Positions 11,135 through 24,970 of a stretch of 64,000 nt of DNA are shown piece by piece (position 1 is the first letter of the stretch; each line of letters starts with the position of its first letter). The translations under genes were made by a program, and so were the position numbers. The notes under the pieces are model-generated. The model was not told the origin of the DNA. It saw only the letters and a program-made list of their open reading frames with translations, and searched no databases. Source of the DNA: Paraspadella gotoi (lineage: Eukaryota > Animalia > Chaetognatha); contig CM119271.1 in assembly GCA_051294375.1 (NCBI GenBank), positions 12,183,620-12,247,619 of the forward strand, read 5' to 3'.

Positions 11135-13400
11135 CTCGTCGTCGTCGTCGTCGTCTTCCATCGTCGTCTTCAACGTCATCTTCTTTATCATCGTCGTCTT
11201 CATCATCGTCGTCATGGTCGTCGTTGTCGTCATCGTCGTCTTCTTCTCTGTCATCGTCTTTATCGTTGTTACATTGTCGTCTTCATCTCGTCGTAGTCAT
11301 CGTCGTCGTCTTCTTCGTCATCATCTTCATCATCGTCGTCATGGTCGTCTTCATCCGTCATCGTCGTTGTCGTCATCGTCGTCATTCGTCGTCTTCTTCT
11401 CTGTCATCGTCTTCATCATCGTCGTCATGCGTTCGTCTTCATCGTCATCGTCGTTGTCGTCATCGTCGTCTTCTTCTCTGTCATCGTCTTTATCGTTGTC
11501 TACATTGTCGTCTTCATCGTCTGTCGTAGTCATCGTCGTCGTCTTCTTCGTCATCATCTTCATTCGATCGTCGTCTAGGTCGTCTTCAGTCAATCGTCGT
11601 TGTCGTCATCGATCGTCTTCTTCTCTGTCATCGTCTTTATACGTTGTCTACATTTGTCGTCTTCTATCGTCGTCGTAGTCATCGTCGTCGTCTTCTTTCG
11701 TCATCATCTTCAACTCGTTCGTCATGGTTCCGTCTTCATCGTCATCGTCGTTGTCGTCATCGGAGGTCGTCATCTCTTCTTCTCGAGTCTCACATCACGT
11801 CTATGGTATCGTCGGGCGTGTGCGTATCGTCTATTCTATCGTCATGTCTTTTCTTCTACTTCGGTTCTGATCGTCGAGTCATCGTCGTCGTCTTCTTCGT
11901 CATCATCTTCATCATCGTCGTCATGGTCCATGCGTCCTCGCGGGCATCGTCGTACTTTTCGTCGTCAGTCTTTCTAGCATGTCGTCCATCGTCTCGTATC
12001 ATCGTCGTCGCTTACTCCACGTCAACTTTCATGGGTTGTATTCTCTGTCCTTACTCCGTCCCGCGCGATCATCTCTTCTTTTGTACATCATCTGTTTATC
12101 CGCGGTCGCGTCTTTCGTTTCTGTCCCTATGGAGAAACGCTCCCCAACTTTTAATCTAGCAAATTTGGGCAACTAACCTGAGGGGCTTCGAACCAACGGT
12201 GACTGCTCATCTCTATCTCCTCTCTCGCTTTTGCTCAAGAAATACAAGGAGCTTCCGGAACCCAAGACTCACGATGAGACAACGTGCATTTTTGTCACGG
12301 TCGTCGTAGCAAGCGTTGCAAAGCTATGATAGGCCATTGTGTATCAGTGGAATTTTGTGATAAAAAGTCTTCTTGATAAGGCGTTTCTCGTGATAAAGGA
12401 CCCTTCACGCCAATTTAAGATAACGGTGAGTGCAATCAAAGTAGTTTGTTCTCGTAATGAACCAATCAAAGCTTGCTTTCACCAATCAGAGATCATTGTT
12501 CGCCTCATAAAACCGAAACTCTCGCAATTGACGGACTGCGGAGGACGTAGGAACGACGACGACGACGAACGACGATGAAGACGACGCCGACGATGAAAGA
12601 CGATGACGAAAGAATGACGCGACGAAACGACGATGAAGATGACCATGACGACGATGTATGAAGATGAATGAACGAAGAAGACGACGACGATGACTACGAC
12701 GAACGATGGAAGACGACAAATGTAGACAACGATAAAGACGATGACTGAGAAGAGACGACCGATGACGACAAAGAACGATGACGATGAAGACGACCATTAG
12801 ACGAGATGAATGAAGATGAATGACGAAGAAGACGACGACGATGATTCGACGACGATGAAGCGACAATGTAACAACGATTAAAGGACGATGACTGGAGAAG
12901 AGACGACGATGACGACAACCGGACTGATGACGATGAAGACCGACCTGACGAGCGATGATGGAAGATGATGAGAAGAAGACGAACGACGATGACTACGAAC
13001 GACGATGAAGACGACTAATGTAGAACAACGATAAAGACGATGACAGAGAAAGAAGACGACGATGGACGACAACGACCGATGACGATGAAGACGACCATTG
13101 ACGACGATGATGAAAGACGATGACAGAGGAAGAGACGACGATGACGACGATGACGACAACGAGCGATGACGAATGAAGCGACCATGACCGACGATGCATT
13201 GAGATGATGACGAAGAAGACGACGACCGAATGACTACGACGTATGATGAAGACGACAATGAAACAACGTAAAGACGATGAACAGAGAAGAAGACGACGAA
13301 TGACGACAACGACGACCCATGACGATACGATGATGAAGACGACGATGATAAAGAAGATGACGTTGAAGAGACGACGATGAAGACGACAGACGACGACGAA
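11135..13400. repeat. Higher-order (GAC/GAT/GAA) satellite of about 140-bp units, in both orientations (11135-12000 and 12550-13400; start also at 5140-5345)
   Basis: Diagnostic words gacaatgtagacaacgataaagacgatgacagagaagaagac and gaccatgac recur periodically. Confidence 0.8.
12122..12760 (+). repeat. Noisy direct copy of about 4725-5345
   Basis: Shared ccctatggaaac...cagcaaatttgggcaactaacctgagggg...ggaggacgtagg, with extra inserted bases. Confidence 0.85.
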
Positions 13401-14999
13401 CGAGCGTTTAAAAGCGACTCGCACCTGAAGACCAAATGACGTCATTGGCCAAATTTGCCGGGGAGAGAGCGAAAGAGAAAGAGAGAGAAGAGGAGAGAGA
13501 GAGAGAGAGAGAGGNNNNNNNNNNNNNNNNNNNNNNNNNCGCACACGTACGTTCTGACTTGATGAGATGACCATACTTTGACGTATCGATGAGAAGATGA
13601 TGACGAAGAAGACGACGACGATGATGAAACGACAATTGAAACCAACGATCATTTCTAAATGATCTGCACCTTGTCACAGAGAAGATATGTTTCTGACGAG
13701 ACTCGTGAAACAGACCCTGCAAAACGACGTCGATTTTTACGGCACGGGGAAGATAGAACGAATGAAGAAAAGACGAGACGCATGATCAAGTAAGTAAGAT
13801 GTACGTTCGTGATCTCGACGGATGCAAAGACGTGAAACGTAACGCGATCTGTACGACGACGGTTAAAAGCTGATTCGGACTACTCTGAAGAACCAATTTA
13901 GTGACGTTCACTTGTGTCCTCAAATTTCGCCCGGGATGCTCACGAGCGAAAGAGAAAGAGAGAGGAGAGAGAGAGGAGAGAGAGGAGTAGACGAGAGAAG
14001 AGGAGAGAGAAGAGAGAGAGAGAGAGAGAGGACGCGAAGGGAACAATCTGCAACAACAAAGTCATTTACAAGAGAAGATCGATTCGAGTTCGAAAGTCTT
14101 CGAGCCAGACATTGATGCCTTTCACCGCCTTTTCCAGCACTCTTTCATACGCTTTTCATGAGCCCTATCGCCCTTTTACGTGCCTCATGCGCCTATTCAT
14201 GGCCTTTCACGCGCCCTTTCACCCGCTTTTGTGGCTTTTAGGCGCCCCTCAAGTCCCTTTTCACGCGCTTTTTTGCGGCTTCTCTAGCGCCCTTTCACGC
14301 GCACTTTTCACGCGCCCGGCTCGACGTCAGATTCTCTCGAGGGATGAAAATTTTGACTCAAAAGCGAAAAGAAAAAAAAAATGTCGACGCGAATAGGAAG
14401 GTTGATCCGTCAAAGGGGGCGTGACCTGAATGCGCTGAGGGGGAGAGGTGGGGGACAAGGAAGGGTTCAGTCAGGGAGGTTGCAGGAAAAGGACATTGCT
14501 TTAAGTTCAGCCCGCCTATAAGCTTGACAACCTTCATCAGTAACCCGGTGGCTCGTTGAGTAATACATCAACCCATGACCAATGGGTACCAGGATCGATC
14601 CCTCGTGGTAACAACCCTGCGGGAAACGTGAGGACTCATTGAGGAGGGCAGTCAGCAAACGAATAAGCATCGGGGGGAGCGAATAGACAGTGTATAAAAA
14701 GCAAAGGCTCACAAAGCCGTAGGTTGAGAGGGAGGCCATGTTAGACAGGGGCAAAGAATTGAAGCGAGATTACGGGAATAGTTGTATTCATCAGAAGAGC
14801 GACGAGAGACGATAGTAATGAGAAGGACTGGTAGTGTCAGAGGGAAGAGAGCACTGAGAGGGAGAGAGAGATGGGATCAAGAAAGAGGGAGGAACAAGGC
14901 TCGGGAGGGAGGGGGGGAGAGAGGGCGGAGCCATTTAATGACCGTGACAGGGGTGTATTATGAAGAGATGAGGAGAGGTTGTTATTGAAAAGAAGTAGA

Positions 15000-17900
15000 G
15001 GGCTTCATAGTGTAAAATAATTTATAATACCACCTTTCTTTAAATTATTAAGATTGTACTTATTTATTCAGGTGAACTTCATATTCAGTTCTATTTCGTC
15101 GAGCAAGCTACTTGGATTTTATAATATATCAGAATTACTTGTAATTGTATTATGTTCTTAAAAATACTGAATTTTTTATAAATAAAATTAAAAATTTTTT
15201 TTGTAATTACCGGGATTCTGCTAAAGCTTAAAAGTTTCGATGATTTGAAAGGTTTATTCTCACTCAATTACAATTTAGAAAGTGTATGAATTTTAAAATT
15301 GATTCTATTTACATTAGAAAATTAAATATCAAAAAACTATAATATTTAGATCGCATAATTGATGAAGTATCCAGAAAAAAATTTACAATACAAACATATA
15401 TTAGTCAATTACGAGGTGTTGAAATATATAAAAGATCTAAAATTTATAGCCCCATTTATCCGGATTAAGGAGAAGGTTTTATGGAAAAAATTGTTGATAG
15501 GTAAAGTGGATAACCTGATTAATCTAAAGATGAAGTTTAATCTTATGATTTTTATAAAAATGGAATACCATTTAAAAAATTAAGTAAAATATCCGCAGGA
15601 AAAAGAATGAATAATGTAGGAGGCATTGTATCATAAATTCAGTATTTTTGTACCTAACTGAGCGATAATCCATTTTAAAGAATCTCGCTTCAATGCACAA
15701 AATTGCCCCATAACGACACATGTGAACCTTATATAATAGGATAACGCGTTTAAATAACTTCAATATCTACACCATCGAAGCAGGTCAAATAAAAAAGGAG
15801 GCTGAGCACGCTGTTTTGGTCGGTGTATATTGCTATAAGAGTAGTTTAAAGACAGAGTAACAAAAGTACCTTTTATAGCAAGACCTTTTGTCAATCATTG
15901 TCATATTTTATAAAAGCCAATTTTTGGCCTTCGTGAACCTCCGAAACACTTTGGAAATAAGGCTTGTATAGTAAGAAAAGGTCAGGTACAAATTTTTAAC
16001 GACATTATTTTGGAGTTGAACATCGTAGAAGAGTTGATTGTGAATCTGAGATTGAATTAGGAAGATCAGACATGTTCGCCTTGTGACTGAACCATCAAGG
16101 TATACGTGGAATGTAAGTGTCTCATCATAAGTACTTTAGCGTTAACTCTGACTATAGCGTTGAATAATCAACTTCTACGAGAAATGTGTGAAAACCAGGA
16201 CAGAGAAAAAAACGAATGGAACCAAAGATAAGCTTTTTAGTAGCCACTTGGTTCAAGCTTTAGATAATTAGTATCACGACACTCATTTCTTCCATAGTTC
16301 CGTCTCACCATGTCTCTAGTTCCCGCATAGCTCCATCCTTAAGCCCGTCAAATGTCCTATCTACGTTTTACTTATAGTCGGGTACCTGCGACCTCCCATA
16401 AATCATTCACATATCCCGCCAGTCAATCTCAATCTTCATAATCTGCGGGATTATCCCATGGCCGGTCTATATGCATTCAGTATTATTCCGCTACAGAAAG
16501 TTTTCGTTGTTTTATTCCGTTTTCCATCTTCAGTTGCAATCGAGCAACGGAGGGTAAAGTTCCAAACGATATTTGGTTTTGTTCACTAATAACGCGGAAT
16601 ATACTATATTCTATAATAGATATCCGAATATGTTTAGGGTTCGAGTTGTGAAATGAGTTGAAGGCCATCTCAGTTTTCATTTTCCCGCTGATTCCCTTTC
16701 CTTAGTTCACTTTATTGAACTAAAAATTGTAGAGAGTTACTTCATCTCAAAAATCTTTCTCCAGGTAATATGAATAGTAAATTCCATTAACTGGCGAAAA
16801 GTCATCGATCATTTACATACAATACATTAAATGTTGATCACTCATAGTTGATAGTGAACCCATAGTTGACCGATCTTCAGTTTTACCACATTTTTTTAAA
16901 CCATTCCCCATTCTCTATTGGGAATGATGATATCTTAGTTTTTAGAAGAGCGGCCTCCTAAGGAGCTTGCGCGTCTTAAGAGTGGTTCTTAAGGAGTGGC
17001 CCCTAGAGAAGCGCTTCAAAGGATGGTTCTTCAATCAAGGATTGTCCTTTAGGAAGAGCAGCCTCTAAAGGAGCGGCCAAGAAAATGCGCCGCATCCAAA
17101 AGGTAAGGCCCTCTATTTGGTCAGCGGCCTCCAAGGAAGCTCTAAAGGATCAGGCCACTATAGAAGCTGGTTTTTTTGGTGGTTCTTAAAAGGAGCGCAC
17201 TCTAAAGTAGCGGGCCACAAGGGATAACAGCAGGATTAGTTGGCCCAAAGACGAAATGGATAAAAAATGCCTCTGGAAAACACTCGAGCGAAAATGAGTG
17301 GGGTAAAAAAATAATGAGACGATGACGATGAGATGACGACTGACAGACGACAAAGATGACAAAGACGAACGACGAGACGACGCGACGACGTCTCAAACGG
17401 GAATTGAAACTGAATCGAAAATTGAAGGTCTCAGTATGTCATAAGTTATCGTTCTATCGTCGACTCTCTGACTGATGTCTTGCTGATCTGTCGTCGAGTT
17501 ACGTGTCGGTTAGTCGTCGCCATCCAGACGAATATAATAAAGGAATTAGTGGAGATTTTTGGAGCCTGTGACCTTTCGACGCACTGCAAAGGTGACACAT
17601 CTTACACGGCAAAATGAATAAGTCTACCATTGTTCTGTCACAAGTTGATCCCTTTTCTGGATACCGGAATACATAGAGTGGGGAACGGGAAAAGAGAAAA
17701 GATTTGGCACCATATGCTCAAGAAACTGTACCTATTCGCTCAATCATCGACCTTGGCATAGAAACGATCCAATCGATCGTAAAGGTTATTGACTTACGGC
17801 GCGCGAAAAAAAAGCGGGATGTGTTCCACCTTAAAATTTGGCCAATTTCCGATTGTCCCCATTTGATATTTTTAATTTTTAAACTTACATTTCTCTTTCT

Positions 17901-18611
17901 TCTTATCTCCTTAAAATATATATTTACTATCTCTTCCTATCATCTTCATTCTCTTACTATCTCAATTTTACGTAATCCCTCCGTCCTAACTGATCTCTTC
18001 CTAACCGAATTCTAACTAAATTTTTCTATCCTCTAAGCTACCATATTTACTATTCATTCTAATCTCTCTCTCCTCTCTCGTTCCTCTCTCTCTCCTCTCT
18101 ATCTCTCTCTCTCCTTCTCTCTCCTCCTCTCCTCTCTCCTCGCGCGCTCCTCCTGCGTCCGCTCGACCCCTTCTCGTCTCTCCCATTTTATCTCTCTTCC
18201 TCCCCCACATCTCCAGCGCTCCCTCTCTTCATCTCGTTCCCTCTCTCTCCTCTCTCTCTCCTTCCTCCTTTCGCGCCTCTCGACTCATCTCACTCTTCTC
18301 TTGCGTCCTCTCTCTCTGTCTCTCCTCGCTCTCTCTTTTCGCCTCTCCTCGTCTCCGCGTGCCATGATCACGAGCCTCGCATTTCCGGTTTGGGTCTCCT
18401 TCGAACTGCTCGTCGTCATCCGTGTCATCATCATCCGTCACAGTTTTTTTTCAGTTGCGATTCGTCGTCGTCGTCGTCGATCAGTCGTCTCTGTCTCCTC
18501 CCGAGTCCCTCGTTCTCCTTCTAAAATTCACCCGTCTTTGACCTAAATCTTCCTTTGAGAGTCCAATCCTCAGTTTGTCTTCGATGTGTTGGGTTGTCCG
18601 TTGTCGTTGTC

Positions 18612-18653
<42 letters not shown>

Positions 18654-21600
18654 GTTGCTTGCTTGTCTTTGTCGTTGTTTGTTAAATCTACTCCTGTCCT
18701 TCCAGTCCGATGGTTTTTAAAATTAAAAGCTTATTTTTGGAACGCAACAAGTTTCAGAGTTGCTCCACATTATTTTTTATTTAAAAACAGTTTTGATTAC
18801 CGTATACATTCTAACTCTTTTGAACTGCCGACACTCTGTAAAAATTACAGTCCCTTTTTCAAAACCGCGTATATGTACGTAAACGTATATCGTATACGGA
18901 ACTATTCGCGGGCGCACCCTCGGAACACAACCACACACGCGCCGCGGCAGCGAACGCACATTTTGCCTTACTCGGCGGAGCTTGAAGAGTTCGTGACCCG
19001 AGTTTGTCAGAGGCCTTCCCCGCTGTCATCGGCTTTCGATTGCTTGTTTTATTGGCCTTTTTGGGTGTTGTTGTTGTCTTGGTTCTTTCCTGTCGTTATT
19101 GTTGACTTCAGCTTCGTCGTTGCTCCTGCTTTTGTTCTTCGTCGTCCCAGAGTTTTGTTTTATTGGCCAAACGGGGTAATTTTCAAAATCGGAGTTGTTC
19201 CGGTGGTTTTGCTCTAGATTTTTTTTTTCGAAAGAGAAAATTTGTTAGCGGAGGGAGTGCTAGGTGCATGTTGCAATAGAGCCTGGTGAATTGAAGGTTT
19301 TCGCTTATGATAATATAGATGCTAGGTATACTATATATATTACGGCGTAGTAAAATTTTAAATTTAACTTTTAATTAAAATTCTAAAGTGAGGAACGAAC
19401 AACATTATACTTAATGAACATTTATTAATAAAAAAAATTATAATAAATTTTACAAATTTAGCAGTCAGTGTATATTTATCTATACTAAACCAATAAATGT
19501 TAATAATTCAAACAGTTTTTTTCTAAGATTTTTACGGATTTGGATTTATCATAAAAGTTTTAAAAAAGAAAATATAACTCTTTTTTGAAAAATTCCTGTC
19601 ATTAAAGGGGAAAAAATTAGAAAAAAAGCTATATTTTAAAGCGAAAAATTAACTTTTAAATATATAAAATATAATTTTTTAAATTTTTAACGCCAACCAT
19701 TAACTGAAAGAATTTTAAAATGATTTATTATTTCTTTTATCAACTTTTTGACGAGAATTCAAAATCTGCAATCAAAAATTTAAAAAGCCTAGTTTTAAAA
19801 TTTTTCCGATTTTATCAAGGATACGTCTATAGTATAAATTAGCCTACTGTGAAAATTAAAAAAACAGAAAATTAATTTTGTTACAAATTATGTTCATGAA
19901 TGGTGATGTGTTTGTTCAATACATGACTTTAGAATTTCGTAATGTTAACTTTCACTACCGGCCTTAATATATATATATTTAATATTTGTCTGATAGAAAA
20001 AAAAAAAGATTATATTCCACTTTTCCCGAGACTGTTCTCGTAAAACTCAGATTTCAAGAGTTCGTCTATTTTTTTGGGGAAAATATTTAATTTCTGACTT
20101 AACCTTCAACCGCTTTACGAATTGGAAAATTTTAGGAAATTTACATTTTGTTCTCAAGAGCTCAAAACACTAAAATACAATTTACAGAACGTTTTCTATC
20201 AGTAACAAGCTTCTATCAGTAATCAGATGTTGTGTCAGAAATTAGCAGTCAGCTCTTGCGTTCATATCTCGTCCGGTTTTTTTCTCGTTTTTACTTCAAC
20301 TTACAGCCGATATTCGCTGACGATATCGACATCTGCGTCCTCTTTGCGCTACCGCAGACTTCCGGTGACTGCCCACATACTGTTGCAGAGCATCCAGGGT
20401 GTGCTGATTCGTGTTTTATGCGAAATTGAACAAACTGCATAACCTCTTCCAAATTACGAAATCTCAATCGATTAGTTAGAGTTATTAGTTATGTTTAATG
20501 AGCAAGCATAAGCATTAATATTATCGGGTCGGAATTATCAGAATAGCACCATCTAGCAGTTAATTATTTTCACACCACATCTTAGGCCTCGGATAATCAA
20601 TGGACGCATTACTAAAATGTAGTGAGCGTTAAAAAAATTAATGTAAAGAAAAAAAGATACAGTATGAGAGAGAAGAAAAGGAAGCATTGATTAGTCTCGA
20701 CCGCACATACAGTGAGTTTTAAATCATTCCATCGTAACCCTTCTCAAAACACAATATAAAGTATTATGCTACCTCACTATTCTCTCATAAAATCTGTACC
20801 AAGCACCGCCCACCCCATAAACCCCTTCTTGCCGACCGCTGTCCCCATCCACGAACCGATTTCGACTATCGCGTTCGCTCGCTGCTCGAAAAAGCTTCCC
20901 CGTCGCCTTGTTGTGTCGTTTTTAAACTTTTAAAGGGATGCCAGAACTTATTACTTTCCCCCCAGATCCCGTCTCCGTTTGTTCACTCTCTCCACTTTAT
21001 CCTTATTTTTCACTTTCTCTCTCTCGTCTCCTCCTCTCTCCACGCTTCTCTCTGATCTCTCTCCTCTCCCGGTTCCCCCTCTCGTCTCCTCTCTCTCGTC
21101 GTCTCTCATCCTCTGTCTCTCCAGTCCTTCTCGGTGATTCTCTCTCCTCTTCTCTTTTCATAATTCCTCCGCCCTTATTCAATTCGTGGCACCGCGACGC
21201 GAGAAAAAAATATATAAAAAAGAAATTGAACGAATGAAAGCGCCTCCGGCAAAAAAAGTCGGAATAAAATAATATAATTGCCTCCCTTTCTTTTCCTCTC
21301 CTTCTTTTTTTTTTAAATTAAAGAAGAAAGAGAAGGAAAATTTATTTTCTCGCAACTACACATTTTCCGTTTCTCTCTCCTCTTCATCTCTCTCATCCTC
21401 TCGTCTCTCGATCTCTCTCATTCTCTCCTCTCTCTCTCTCTCTCCTCTCCTCTTCTTATCTCCCTCTCTCTCACTCCTCCTCGCTTCTTCTCCGTCCTCC
21501 CCCCGCGTCGTGTTAAAAGGACTTGAGTTTTCCTGATATTATCCTCCGGCGGAAATTGATTTTCCTTCCGGTTTCCTCTCACTTTCCCTCGGAATTTTTT

Positions 21601-22340
21601 TTTTCTCATTCCTTCGCCCCACTGATTCCATCTCCCTCCTTTTTTCCTTCTCCTCCGCGGGCATTATCGTGTCGTCTTTTGTCTTCGTCGGTCGCGATCG
21701 TCTCGTTTCTTCACATCGTCGTCATAACTCCACCATGCTTTTCCTCCATGTCCGCCTTGTTTTTTTTGTTTTTTTGTTCTCGTATCTGTTCTTTTTTGGT
21801 TCTTTTTCTTTTTTTCTTTTTTCACTTTTTTGTTTTTTATTTAATTTTTTGTTCCTTTCCACCTTATCTTTCAAAACCATCCGAACTCGCGCCTTTTTTA
21901 AATAAAAAAAAACGGTTTTTAATTAAATTTTAATATAAATTTTCCTTTTTTTTGTGATATTAAACTATTTTTCATTATAATTTATACTAGCTTCATTGAG
22001 CTTACTCCGTCAAGACATGAAAGTGAATGAATTAATTAAAAGAGAATAAGTTCGAAAGAAAATGAAGAAAAAAAAACCGGAAAAAGAGAGAGAAGGGAAA
22101 AGGAAGAAAAAAGGAAAGAGAAGAGGAAAGAAAAAGGAAGATAAAATGAGAGAGAGAGTGGAAGAAAGATAAACCAACTTCTTTTTTTACTCACATTCAC
22201 CCTTCTTAAAAAAAAAATAATAGGGGCGGGAGGAAGCAATACTAAACTAAAGACTATTACATTATTTACAACAATTACATTTTACAAATCAAACCTCCAG
22301 TGGGGACGTTTTTTTAAAAAGACGTGTAGGTATAATTAAC
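15000..22340. other. Low-quality, probably raw single-read sequence
   Basis: 15000-17900 is a stretched, insertion-rich reverse complement of about 8060-10200. 17900-22340 shows corrupted microsatellites and no clean landmarks. Confidence 0.65.
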
Positions 22341-22714
22341 CAGGGGGAACAACTGCAACAACAAAGATCATTTACAAGACGAAGATCGATTCGAGTTCGA
22401 AAGTCTTCGAGCCAGACATTGATCCTTTCACGCGCCTTTTCACAGACTCTTTCATACGCTTTTCATGAGCCCTATCGCCCTTTTACGTGCCTCATGCGCC
22501 TATTCATGGCCTTCACGCGCCCTTTCACCCGCTTTTTTGTGGCTTTTAGGCGCCCCTCAAGTCCCTTTTCACGCGCTTTTTTGCGGCTTCTCACGCGCCC
22601 TTTCACGCGCACTTTCACGCGCCCGGCTCGACGTCAGATTCTCTCGAGGGATGAAAATTTTGACGTCAAAAGCGAAAGAGAAAAAAAAAAAAAATGTCGA
22701 CGCGAAAATAGGAA

Positions 22715-23146
22715 GATGTGATCCGTCAAAGGGGGCGTGACCTGAATGCGCTGAGGGGGAGGTGGGGGGACAAGGAAGGGTCAGTCAGGAGGTTGCAGGG
22801 AAAAGGACATTGCTTTAAGTTCAGCCCGCCTATAAGCTTGACAACCTTCAGTCGTAACCCGGTGGCTCGTTGAGTAATACCATCAACTCATGACCAATAG
22901 GTACCAGGATCGATCCCTCGTGGTAACAACCCTGCGGGAAACGTGAGGACTCATTGAGGAGGGCCGTAAACCGCCTCGGGGGCATGGAAGACCCTCAAGC
23001 CTGGTTCCGAGAGGCTGTTAGAAGGGGCATAGAAGTTACGGATAGTGTTCTTCAGCCCATTTAGCTGTTTCAGGGACTGGGGAGTGTCAATAAGGGGGGG
23101 ACAAGGCTCGGGAGGGAGGGGGGGGGGCGCCAGTTAAGACCGTGAC
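22715..23146 (+). mobile_element. Dispersed repeat with internal tRNA-like Pol III A/B boxes (SINE-like); duplicated at about 10217-10641 (-), 14400-14950 (+, noisy) and 37157-37599 (-)
   Basis: A-box-like TGGCTCGTTGAG (22863-22874) and B-box-like GGATCGATCCC (22907-22917) about 32 nt apart; GC-rich block in AT-rich flanks; diverged independent homolog at 30270-30490. Confidence 0.5.
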
Positions 23147-24928
23147 AGGGGTTATTATATGGGTTTATTAAAGATCGTAAAAATAAAACAAATTTAAGAT
23201 TTATCTTATAGTGAAACGCATGGAAGCTATTTTATATTATCCAAATACTATATAATGTTAAAAATTTTTTTAATAAATTTAAATTTTTTTTAACGGATTC
23301 TGATAAAGCTTAAAAAGTTAGATGAAGGTTATTATTACAACTTTTTGAAATTTTAATGATTCATCTATGAAAATTAACAAAAAACTATAAAATTTAATGA
23401 ATGATGATGATGATGATGATAATTTTTCAAGGTTTTTTCTAATTTTAGCCCATTTATCGTTAAAATTTTTGAAATTTGTAGTACTAACCTTTATCTAACT
23501 TTTTAATCTTTATCATTTTTAAAACCATTTTTAAAAATTTAAATTCCCGAAAAAAAATATTTAAGCATTTCTTAAATATTGTTAGATATTAAAATGCTTC
23601 CATGCATGTGGAAAATTAATTTAATTAAAATCTAACATCATAAGTCGATTTGGTTGTAAAAAGAAAAAATACTTTTATTGCAGACTTTTGTCATATTGTA
23701 AAAAATATTAAATTCTGGCCCGCCTTAGTGGGGAGGTCAGTATGCGTTGGTGAATCGAGAACGAGTGATTGTGAATCGAGATTGAATAGAGAATGAACGG
23801 TGTCGAACAAGTAAGTCGTGAATGTAAGTGACAAAAATTACGTGATACGTGATATCAAGTTCACAGAAAATGTGTGAAAAAGAGAGAAAAAAAACGAATG
23901 AAACCAAAAGAGAGATTCTCGTTAGTTTCACATTTTTGTCGTTCACGTGAAGTTCACGAGTTCTTAAGCGTCAATTGTCTTCGTTATTCACTCTTTGTCG
24001 GTCTGTCAATCTCCGCAGTTCCACCACTGCGTTTCCATTCGCGTAACATCATCGTAATAAAATTCGCGTTAGAAGTTTTACGTTTTTTCGTTTCCGTCGA
24101 ATGAAACGAGGTAAATCTACTAGTTCATTACTAAATAATACATATCATATGCAATAATAATTTTTAGTTGGTTGAGAATGAGTTGAAAGCCAACACATTA
24201 ATTTGATTTATTACAATAAAAATGTAAAAGTTTAACACAATAAAAATGCAAATGTATGTATGTATGTAACTACAATTTAAAGAAAAGTAAAATGAATTAA
24301 CAATAAAATTACAATGTGAACATAGTTGACATAGTTGAACATAGTTGACGATTTCAGTTTTTACACATTTTTTAACATTCCACACTCTCTCTATTCGAAT
24401 GATGATATGCTTCAGTTTTTAGAAGAGCGGCCTCTAAAGGAGTGGCGTCTTAAGGAGTGGTCTCTAAAGGAGTGGCCACTAGAGAAGCGGCCTTCAAAGG
24501 AATGGCCTTCAAAAGGATTGTCCTTTAGAAGAGCAGCCTCTAAAGGAGCGGCCACAAGAAAAGCGACATCCAAAGGAACGGCCTCTATTGGAGCGGCCTC
24601 CAAAGGATCGGCCTCTAAAGGATCGGCCACTATAGAAGCGGTTCTTAAAGGAGCGGCCTCTAAAGTAGCGGCCACTAGAGGATCAGCCGCGAGGATTATT
24701 GGCCTCAAAGACCGAAATGGAAAATCAAAAATGGCCTCTGGGAAAATCACTCCGAGCGGAAAATGAGTGGGGATAAAAGAAAATAGATGAGGACGATGAC
24801 GATGACGATGACGACGACGACGACAAAGATGACAAAGACGACGACGACGACGACGACGACGACGTCTCAAACGGAATTGAAACGAATCGAAATTGAAAGG
24901 TCTCGTAGCTACGTCGTCGTCGTCGTCT

Positions 24929-24970
<42 letters not shown>

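Noticed and set aside
18555-19217. 220-aa ORF
   Set aside because: Lies in corrupted low-quality sequence, starts in a GTTGTC repeat, and has no recognisable domain.
24335-24766. ASKGA/AAPLE repeat protein ORFs (also 8377-8898)
   Set aside because: A 15-bp minisatellite open on both strands; the frame is broken in other copies.
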